Under the pieces are notes generated by a model. The model was not told the origin of the DNA. It ran no database searches and saw only the letters and a program-made list of their open reading frames with translations. The position numbers were made by a program, and so were the translations under genes. Below are positions 8,868 to 16,049 of a DNA stretch of 19,223 nucleotides, in pieces (the stretch's first letter is position 1; each line of letters opens with the position of its first letter). The DNA is taken from the NCBI GenBank assembly GCA_042216335.1, contig JBDGTY010000046.1:1-19223 (forward strand), read 5' to 3'. Origin of the DNA: Candidatus Nanohalobium sp. GTDB taxonomy: Archaea > Nanohalarchaeota > Nanosalinia > Nanosalinales > Nanosalinaceae.

Positions 8868-9666
8868 TCACCTTCTACCCAGCTTCCGGTACACAAAGAC
8901 CAGTCCGCCGAGGCTGAGTATCATTATGCCGAGGCCGATGTAACGCAGGTTGGATTCCTTCTGTACAGTCATCCTGATCCTTGCCGGCTGTTCTGTGGAG
9001 GTGTCGTCGGATGATGCCGAAACCTCCAGGAAACTGTCGCCTGTATCGGCGTTGACCGGTGCCTTGACCGTTATAATCGATCTGAAGGATTCGTACTGCT
9101 CCAGGCCGGGAACCTTCTTCCTGCTTATGCTTGTCTCCCAGTTCTTCGGCGCGTTCACACTTATCTCCACGTTGTCGAGCATGACGTCCCCCTGGTTTCT
9201 GACTCTTACAGGCACCTGCTTCTCCTCACCGGGCTTGATGCCGATGTAGCTCTGATCTGCATCGATACTGATCTCCTTCTGCCTGCCCCTGCTCTGTGAC
9301 TCCCGAATATCGACCGTGATGCTCTCCGATACCGCGTTCTTGCCCACAGCGTTCAGCTGGATGTTGTAGATCCCGGGCTCGGTCATCTCAGGTACATCGA
9401 AGAGAGCTGATATATCGACCGACTCGCCTGTGTTGACCCGGAGAGTGGTGATGTTGAAGTCCCGGTAACTGTATGAGATATCCATCGAGGAGTTGTGAGA
9501 GGCGTTCAACGTGAATGTCTGGTTCACGATGCCTGTATTTTTGAGCGTCAGCGGCACCGTGACCTCTCCGCCCTGCTCCACGAAAACTTTCCTCGGAGCG
9601 GAACTGTCCAGCTCGGCGTCGGCAAAGATGTTCTCCCGTGAACTGCAGCAAAACAGTCTTTCTCAT
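8868..9666 (-). pseudogene. NEW3-domain (Ig-like) membrane-anchored protein with a disrupted N-terminus
   Basis: Two Ig-like repeats (V.LTLKNTG; VRVRNQGD..L.NV......P.NW), C-terminal TM and RKLGRR tail. ATG 9666 (MRKTVLL) follows GGAGGT and TTTTTAAA but is out of frame with the body and lacks a signal-peptide hydrophobic core. Confidence 0.7.
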
Positions 9667-9775
9667 AAAAACTAACTTACCTCCTATCTGGTTTAAAAAC
9701 AGGCCGCTGCTGTTCAACTCCAGTCGAACCATACACAACCAATTTAATGCTCTCCCCAACCAGTTTTGTACAGGG

Positions 9776-11161
9776 ATGGTAGACGATATTCTTGACGCCG
9801 CAGAGCCCGCAGCAAAGAAACTGGAAAAATTCGATGGGAAGATAAGACTGATAGGTCAGTACGATGCCGACGGCATCAACGCCACAGCAATCGCCCACGA
9901 AATGCTAGACAGGATGGGAAAAGACTTCGAATACGAGATAGTCAAACAGCTCTACGAGGAAGACGTGGAACGTATCGCGGAGGAAGACGAGGAACTGCTG
10001 CTCTTTGTTGACATCGGATCAGGGCAGTCAGAACTTATAAAAGAACACATAATCGAAGAGACAGGCAAGGAAGTTATCATCAGCGACCACCACGAACCGG
10101 CGCTCGACAGAGAGGAATCGGAGGAACTGGAGAACTTTATCCACATGAACCCGCACTTCCTCGGCCACGACGGAGGAGAAGCCATCTCAGCAGCAGGCAT
10201 GACATACCTCCTCGCGAAAGCCGTCGATGAGGAAAACCAGGATCTGGTGAAGTACGCGTTGATTGGGGCGACGGGAGACGTCCAGAAACAGGAAGGAGAG
10301 TTCCTCGGCCTCAATAAAGAACTTGAAGAGAAGGCCGTTGAGAACGGTATAATCGAGAAGCGTCAGGGCCTTGACCTTTATGGCAGGACAACCAAGCCAC
10401 TCCAGAAATCACTGATGTACACCACAGACCCGCACCTGGAGAACGTAAGCAACAACGAGCAGGGAGCAGTCCAGCTCGTGAAGTCCGCGGGCATAGACAT
10501 CAGGGAGAACGGAGGCTTCCGCACTTTGGCCGATCTCTCCGAGGAAGAGGAGAAGCAGCTTATCAACAAGATGATCAAACGCGGCTACGATGTACCGCAG
10601 CTGCTCAACGATATCTACACGTTGCCGAACGGCTACGAGATCGACGAGTTCTCAACCATCATCAACGCATGCGGACGACTCGGAGAACCCAGGAAAGGCG
10701 TCAAGATACTCCTGGAAGACGACCTGGAACTGGCGGAGAAGATATCTACGAAGTACGGAAGGAAGATTAGTTCGTCGCTCCGCTACTTCGAAAACAACAA
10801 GGAAGACGACGATGTGGTCTACGAAAACTCCATAGGCGTGATCGATGCAGAGGATAACATCGACGCCGACTTCATCGGCACAGTCACCACCATCACCATG
10901 AGCAACGGCGCCTTCGACTCTCCCGTGGTCATGGGGGCTGCCCACGCAGAAAAGGAAAAGATCAAGATATCCTCCCGGGCCAGAAAAGAAGTGGTGGAGG
11001 ACGGCTTCAACCTCGGAGAGATCATCGGAGAAATATGCGAGGAAGTAGACGGGGAAGGCGGAGGACACAACATCGCAGCAGGAGCCAAGATACCACGGGA
11101 AGAAAAAGACAACTTTGTAGAAAGTTTGGAAGAGAAGGTTTCCGAGAAAGTTGAGGGCTAG
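9776..11161 (+). CDS. DHH-family RecJ-like protein, probable GAN/Cdc45 homologue
   Basis: YDADG, FVDIGSG, SDHH, GATGD, INACGR, DHHA1 GGGHNIAAGA; lies between rps15 and rps3ae like GAN-type genes. Start set at ATG 9776 with TTTAAT ~28 nt upstream. Confidence 0.9.
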   Translation: MVDDILDAAEPAAKKLEKFDGKIRLIGQYDADGINATAIAHEMLDRMGKDFEYEIVKQLYEEDVERIAEEDEELLLFVDIGSGQSELIKEHIIEETGKEVIISDHHEPALDREESEELENFIHMNPHFLGHDGGEAISAAGMTYLLAKAVDEENQDLVKYALIGATGDVQKQEGEFLGLNKELEEKAVENGIIEKRQGLDLYGRTTKPLQKSLMYTTDPHLENVSNNEQGAVQLVKSAGIDIRENGGFRTLADLSEEEEKQLINKMIKRGYDVPQLLNDIYTLPNGYEIDEFSTIINACGRLGEPRKGVKILLEDDLELAEKISTKYGRKISSSLRYFENNKEDDDVVYENSIGVIDAEDNIDADFIGTVTTITMSNGAFDSPVVMGAAHAEKEKIKISSRARKEVVEDGFNLGEIIGEICEEVDGEGGGHNIAAGAKIPREEKDNFVESLEEKVSEKVEG

Positions 11162-11203
11162 GTATCTAATATTTTAAATTCATATTTTTACATAAATGGT
11201 GTT

Positions 11204-11676
11204 ATGAGTGCGAAGAACTCTGTTCTTGCATCAATTTTGGTCCTGATGTTGTTGGCAAGTCCTGCTGTGGCTATTTCTGTGAATGAGTCCAAGATAGGTG
11301 AAATCCTCAGACAGAAATGCTTGGCTTCCAATTCTTCCCATTTGGAAATAGATGGAAATATCACTTTGAACGGAGAGGAAGTAGAAAGAATAAACTGCGA
11401 AAGACTTGAAGAATACAATTTCCCGAAGATTGATTCTATCACACCGGATCCCTATTCATATGAGAACATCAAGATAACAAACCTGGTTTTCTCAGGCCTG
11501 GCGCTAAAATAGCTGGGGTCCCGGTTCTCTTCGGTGTCTTGATTGGCGTATATGCCTACAGGTCTTCCGAGAACAAAGTACCGTGGTACATTTGGGCATC
11601 TGCATTCGTGGGATTGACTTTATTGTGGTGGCTTCTGAACATCTACACTCCAATATTTGGTGCACCAATTAATTGA
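11204..11676 (+). pseudogene. Signal-peptide-bearing membrane protein split by a -1 frameshift
   Basis: Signal peptide (ILVLMLLASPAVA). The -1 frame, open from 11464, reads KIAGVPVLFGVLIGVYAYRSSENKVPWYIWASAFVGLTLLWWLLNIYTPIFGAPIN* (two TM helices) ending at 11676, overlapping the convergent gene's end. Confidence 0.75.
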
Positions 11677-12408
11677 CCAACAATCTATCTATGCTCTCCT
11701 CAACTTCCTTCCTCAATCTTTCGTCAGAGGCCCTTGGTAGATTCTCCAGTTCTAACTCAGTTCTCTCCAGTATATCTTTCACGACCTGGTAGGCGATATA
11801 GTAGCCTTCTGCATCCGGACACGGCTCTTCTCCGCGCCTGAAGATGCCTTCCGGACTCTGTTTGAAATCTTCGTCCAGTAACTCGATAATAGTTCCCGCT
11901 TCAACGTCTATCTCTTCATCGGAACGGTAGTGCGGCTTCCAGTCAACCCCCAGTTCTTCTGACACTTTTTCGGCAGTAAGCATAGCATGGCCCTCAAGTA
12001 TGATGTTTCCAGAGTTGGTCGCCGGCATCTCATCAATCTTACTGTAAAACTCCTGGTGCGCTATCTCATGCGCCAGCATGTTCACTAAACAGTCTCCCCA
12101 GTTCTCTATATCCTTCACTGCCCGAACCAGTATAAAATCGACTTCAACGCCTTCCATCAATTCAGGGAATGAAAAACCATGCACATACCTGTTGATCGGA
12201 GCATCCTCATCCAGCTCGCTCTCATCGGTCACCGCAAAGTACAGCTTGAAGTCCGGTGAGATGCCTGTAACCTCGGAAATATCTTCAACTATCTCTTTCA
12301 GTAAAGGCCCGAAAAATCTCTCTCCTCTTCTGTTGGTTCTCTAACATACTTCATGTAATCTTCTAGGAAGTAGTCGTGTTTTTCCCTGTCGAAGAATTCC
12401 AGTTCCAT
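11669..12408 (-). pseudogene. HExxH zinc-dependent peptidase (DUF2268-like), frameshifted near the 5' end
   Basis: ATG 12408 abuts the paralogue's TAA (MELEFFDREKHDY...). One T added to the T5 run (12312-12316) joins it to FGPLLKEIVEDISEVTG...AVTDESEL for 246 aa. Motifs LAHEIAHQ, LEGHAM, AEGYYIAY. Confidence 0.8.
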
Positions 12409-13167
12409 TTATTCATCCTCGTATAAATTCTCTATCGATTTTTTCAACTCTGTCTCCCATTTTTTCTTACTGATCTCAAGTAAGTCTTCAACCGACAAAT
12501 CATTTCTCTCCATCACATCCTGTGTAATGAAGAATGCTAGAGCGTATCCCTCTGCCTCGGGCCAAGGATCAGTCCCATAGTCGAATAAGACACTTATTTC
12601 ATCGGATTGAGGCTGATTCCAAGATCTCATCTTATCCAGATCTTCCAGAAGTTTCTTCTTTTGTATATCGGGAAGTTCCCATTCCTGCCTCCATGTATAA
12701 TCCTTGAGTTCGGAGACTTTCCTATCAGAGTGCATCGCGTGTCCCTCCATCAGCAGGTGGTAGGCTATCGATTTTCCCTTGCTTCGCTCTTTATGGAACT
12801 TTATATGGGCCTGCTCGTGGATTGCCAAACTTTTCAGGAACGATCTCCATTCGTCAACCGTATCAGTTACTCTCAGAACCAGTAGATTTCTATCAAAGTA
12901 CTCAAAGTCATCAGTCAGGCCCATGCCATTAATGTATGCATAGTGGTTGGCATCCCTCCCACGCTCCCTTCTAACTGTTTCTATATCTGTTTCAGCGATG
13001 ACGACATCGAAATCGACTTCTATACCAAAAACTTCGTCAAAGTCCTTGATTGCTGTCTCAACGACGCTCCTGAAAACCTCTAAATTATCTGGTGTAGTGG
13101 AAGCTTCCGCGAACCACTCTTTCACATACCCTGAGTGTTCATCCGGATCGTATTTTTCGAATTGCAT
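12409..13167 (-). CDS. HExxH zinc-dependent peptidase (DUF2268-like)
   Basis: AIHEQAHI, LMEGHAM, AEGYALAF; paralogous to the adjacent gene; no signal peptide. Confidence 0.75.
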   Translation of the reverse strand: MQFEKYDPDEHSGYVKEWFAEASTTPDNLEVFRSVVETAIKDFDEVFGIEVDFDVVIAETDIETVRRERGRDANHYAYINGMGLTDDFEYFDRNLLVLRVTDTVDEWRSFLKSLAIHEQAHIKFHKERSKGKSIAYHLLMEGHAMHSDRKVSELKDYTWRQEWELPDIQKKKLLEDLDKMRSWNQPQSDEISVLFDYGTDPWPEAEGYALAFFITQDVMERNDLSVEDLLEISKKKWETELKKSIENLYEDE

Positions 13168-13191
13168 ATTCTTGCCTTACTCCACACACTG

Positions 13192-13199
13192 TTTATAAA
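13192..13199. promoter_or_regulatory. Palindromic TATA box between divergent genes
   Basis: TTTATAAA is 24 nt from the peptidase ATG (13167) and 22 nt from the rps3ae ATG (13222). Confidence 0.6.
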
Positions 13200-13221
13200 G
13201 TTTTGACCCGTTCGGGATTAC

Positions 13222-13776
13222 ATGGCTAAGGCTGTATTGCAGAAAAACTGGTTTGATGTTCAGGCACCGGATATCTTTGATTTAGAGGAAGTGTCTGAGA
13301 CTCCGGCCGAGAAGGCTTCTCAGGTCGAAGGAAGAACCATCAAGGAAGGACTTAACGAGTTGATGGACGACACAGGTAAATACTACATGGACGTCACCCT
13401 GAAAATCACAGAGGTAGAAGGCAACAAAGCCTTCACAGAAATCCAGGGGCTTGAATGCTCGTCCGAGTTCGTTTCAAGACTCGTTTCGAAGAGAAGCGAC
13501 CGATTCGACATGGTCCACGACGTCGAGACAGAAGACGGAAGAGAGGTCCGGGTCAAGGTAGTCGGCTCGACACTGCGTAAAACTTCCTCCAGCACACTAT
13601 CTGCAGTGAGAGAGGAGCTTCAGGAAATCCTGGAGAACCATGCCGAGAGCCAGGTCTACAACGAGTTCATGGAGAACATCTTCACCGACAACATCCAGGA
13701 GGAGATGAGAGACAAGGCAGAGAAGATCTACCCGTTCAGAGAACTCGAAATCAGGAAGACAGAGCTCAGGAAGTGA
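13222..13776 (+). CDS. rps3ae: 30S ribosomal protein eS1 (S3Ae)
   Basis: K.WFDVQAP..F, ETPA......GR, L.EL..D, T.DG..VRV, KIYP.R..EIRK.E. Confidence 0.93.
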   Translation: MAKAVLQKNWFDVQAPDIFDLEEVSETPAEKASQVEGRTIKEGLNELMDDTGKYYMDVTLKITEVEGNKAFTEIQGLECSSEFVSRLVSKRSDRFDMVHDVETEDGREVRVKVVGSTLRKTSSSTLSAVREELQEILENHAESQVYNEFMENIFTDNIQEEMRDKAEKIYPFRELEIRKTELRK

Positions 13777-13898
13777 GTTCTCCTATTAACCTGATTTTTC
13801 TACTTTCCCAGCTCTTCATCGCTAACTTCCTGAAATGATGGTCCGAACTTGAAGAGCGCTATTAAAAATTACTTTGATTACAACCTTAGTAGATGCTC

Positions 13899-14030
13899 GG
13901 GCCGGTAGCTCAGTCTGGCAGAGCACCAGGCTCTTAACCTCCTCAAGTCCCACAGGGGACGAGGACGGAGAAAACCGCAAGGTTTTCGAGAGATACCTGG
14001 TAGTCGCGGGTTCAAATCCCGTCTGGCCCA
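13899..14030 (+). tRNA. tRNA-Lys(CTT) with a 58-nt intron at 37/38 (13937-13994)
   Basis: Acceptor GGGCCGG/CTGGCCC+A, D-stem GCTC/GAGC, anticodon stem CCAGG/CCTGG, anticodon CTT 13933-13935, T-arm GCGGG-TTCAAAT-CCCGT. BHB central helix CTCT/AGAG with 3-nt bulges. Confidence 0.93.
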
Positions 14031-14035
14031 AATTC

Positions 14036-14515
14036 CTAGAAACTCAGGCTCCTCTTCACTATCCTGATTATCCTTGTTATTTGTGCTGCCAGGCCGGCGT
14101 TTCTGGAGGCGATGAGGCCGGCGGCTGCTTCCTCCTCGCCTATCCCGATTTCCTCCAGTGCTATCAGTGCGCGGAACTCCTGGAGTAGTGTGAACGCAGG
14201 TATGACAAGTAGAGCGTCGAACCAGTGCTGTTTGAGGAATGCTGTGTCGGATTCTGCCAGTCGGAAGGCCATAGCCAGCCGCAGGGAGAAGTATGAGATC
14301 AAGGCCCAGTTCAGGATGTTTATCATGTTGGCAGCTCTGCTGCCGATTTCCACAAGGAAGTTCAACGTGAGTAAAGAGCCAAGCAGGATCAGGGCGTACG
14401 GCAGGAACCTGTCCAGGAAAATCTTTAACTCTGCTGCGTACTTCCTCGGAAGAAAGCCTTCAACCTCTTCCTCCGCTTCCTTTACGCGGTCCGCAACATC
14501 CTCCTGCCAGGTCAC
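14036..14515 (-). CDS. Membrane protein resembling an isolated ion-channel voltage-sensor domain (S1-S4), no pore
   Basis: Likely GTG start at 14515 (the longer ORF runs antisense through tRNA-Ile). NWALISYFSLRL..AF..A.....FLKQHWFDALLVIP matches S2-S3; TRIIRIVKR is S4-like; no GYG pore. Confidence 0.65.
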   Translation of the reverse strand: MTWQEDVADRVKEAEEEVEGFLPRKYAAELKIFLDRFLPYALILLGSLLTLNFLVEIGSRAANMINILNWALISYFSLRLAMAFRLAESDTAFLKQHWFDALLVIPAFTLLQEFRALIALEEIGIGEEEAAAGLIASRNAGLAAQITRIIRIVKRSLSF

Positions 14516-14601
14516 ACTGAAAACTGCGGAAAACTCTAAAATAAAGACTTCCCCTACAACCCTTTTTAGAAACTTACCACCAAACAACAATCTAAAGAAA
14601 C

Positions 14602-14676
14602 GGACCGGTAGCTTAGCCAGGTTAGAGCGCCACGCTGATAACGTGGAGATCCCCAGTTCAAATCTGGGCCGGTCCA
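14602..14676 (+). tRNA. tRNA-Ile(GAT)
   Basis: Acceptor GGACCGG/CCGGTCC+A, anticodon arm CCACG-CTGATAA-CGTGG, T-arm CCCAG-TTCAAAT-CTGGG; CCA not encoded. Confidence 0.96.
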
Positions 14677-14765
14677 TTTCTATATTAATTCAATTACTGG
14701 ATTCAATGAGTTCCAAGATTAGACGTGACGATAGTTTTTTACAGTAGCATTTCGGTAAAATTTGT

Positions 14766-14876
14766 ATGGAAGTTCCTACAAGCGTAGACGAGGCGGTCCA
14801 GAAAGGAGTTTCTCTTATTGTACTGGCGGTATGCATTGTAATAGCTGTTAAGATACTGCTTTCGTCAGGAATCTGA
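14766..14876 (+). CDS. 36-aa single-TM peptide (not in the ORF track)
   Basis: MEVPTSVDEAVQKGVSLIVLAVCIVIAVKILLSSGI*; TTTTTTA ~25 nt upstream; ends 10 nt before the Mrr ATG. Confidence 0.55.
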   Translation: MEVPTSVDEAVQKGVSLIVLAVCIVIAVKILLSSGI

Positions 14877-14886
14877 CTTGATTATT

Positions 14887-15594
14887 ATGTCAACTGAAGT
14901 GAATGACACCGAGGAACTGGAGTTGGATGAGATTCCTCCAATAGGAGTTCCAATTATAGGTATTGCATTAATTTGGACTACCTTTGCGGTTGGATTTGGA
15001 GATTTAATGATGAGTGTGGTAATGGCAGGAGCAGGTGTTTTACTTATAGCTGGTTTCGTATTCAAGAGTTACAGACTTTACCAAATTGGAGGTCCTAAGA
15101 AAGCATTTAATTATGCTTTAACTGCGCCTAAAGACAGGACTCAGGACTATTCTGTAGATATTTTGCAGCCAAGCGATGGAATAGATGAGACAGAGAAGGG
15201 AATAACTCTAGACCATCTGAGAAGTATAGATTACAATGACTTTGAAGATTTAGTTGCTAAAGTTTGGGAAAATAAGGGTTATGAAACAAAGGTTGTTCCT
15301 GATGGTGGAGGAGATGGAGGCATTGATGTAATAGCTAAGAAAAATGAGATGAATAATACCGAAAAAGTATTGATACAAGCTAAGAGAAATTCTAAAGAAA
15401 ACAAAGTTTCAAGTCCGAAGGTTAGAGAATACAGTGCACTCAAAAACCAGGAAGACAATGTAGATAAGGTATATGTCGTTACAACATCAGATTTTACAAA
15501 AAATGCTTTGGATGTTGCTCAACAAAACAATGTTAAGACACTCAACGGTAAGGAATTTTTGAGTCAATACCAAAAGTATGTGGAGGGAGAATAG
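14887..15594 (+). CDS. Mrr-family (type IV-like) restriction endonuclease domain with two N-terminal TM helices
   Basis: FEDLVAKVWENKGY, DGGIDVIA, VLIQAKR, V....VRE, VVTTSDFTKNA; hydrophobic hairpin near the N-terminus; ATG 14887. Confidence 0.88.
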   Translation: MSTEVNDTEELELDEIPPIGVPIIGIALIWTTFAVGFGDLMMSVVMAGAGVLLIAGFVFKSYRLYQIGGPKKAFNYALTAPKDRTQDYSVDILQPSDGIDETEKGITLDHLRSIDYNDFEDLVAKVWENKGYETKVVPDGGGDGGIDVIAKKNEMNNTEKVLIQAKRNSKENKVSSPKVREYSALKNQEDNVDKVYVVTTSDFTKNALDVAQQNNVKTLNGKEFLSQYQKYVEGE

Positions 15595-15599
15595 ATAAT

Positions 15600-15842
15600 A
15601 TGGGCGTTGTCAAACGTGACGGAAAATGGAGGCTGGAGAAGGAGCAGAAAGGAGTTTACTTAGTAACTGAAAGAGGAGAGCAGAAAGCCAAGATAATAAC
15701 TGGCGATTATACTCCTTCGGGGCCAATGAATGATGAAAGAAATTCCATGATGTCCAATATTATAGAAGTGAAGAACTTTAAGGAAGCCAAAAAGGAGTTT
15801 AGATCGTTTGTTAATGGCGATAATTCTACAGGATTCTTTTGA
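15600..15842 (+). CDS. Hypothetical 80-aa protein
   Basis: ATG 5 nt after the Mrr stop with GGAG upstream; protein-like composition. Confidence 0.7.
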   Translation: MGVVKRDGKWRLEKEQKGVYLVTERGEQKAKIITGDYTPSGPMNDERNSMMSNIIEVKNFKEAKKEFRSFVNGDNSTGFF

Positions 15843-16049
15843 GATTTTTCTCACCCTACTTGAATAAGAATCAATTTAAGGTTTTTAGAAGAGAATAATA
15901 GATTAAACTGGTTGATGATAAGTAATTGAATCAAACTGCAGATGGCCTGACCATAAATTCTTCTTTCCTATGAAGTTTTTCTCCTGTTCTTTTCTGCGGC
16001 CGAAATTTTTGTGGAAAACTGTATAAGTCTTTTGTTACTTAATAATTAC

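Noticed and set aside
9638..9775. N-terminal extensions of the DHH (9638), thermonuclease (3699), 16011 and GTPase (18219) ORFs
   Set aside because: They overlap promoters or divergent genes, are not acidic like the rest of the proteome, and downstream ATGs have suitable TATA/SD spacing.
13811..13857. GCTCTTCA/TGAAGAGC inverted repeat upstream of tRNA-Lys
   Set aside because: 8-bp stem with a 31-nt loop, no second copy or target-site duplication; cannot support an ncRNA or MITE.
13939..13970. Nested second BHB inside the tRNA intron
   Set aside because: Bulges do not fit the 3-4-3 geometry (2-nt bulge, poor outer helix).
13822..14188. ORFs 13822..14031 and 13874..14188, and the extensions of 14036..14677 and 14112..14747
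   Set aside because: They run through tRNA genes or antisense to a better-supported gene.
14794..14800. CGGTCCA matching the tRNA-Ile 3' end as an att site
   Set aside because: Only 7 bp, very close to the tRNA, and no integrase.
15909..15953. Possible C/D-box sRNA (TGATGA...CTGA with TGG/CCA ends)
   Set aside because: Only 28 nt between boxes, no convincing C'/D' pair or full-length guides; expected by chance in AT-rich DNA.
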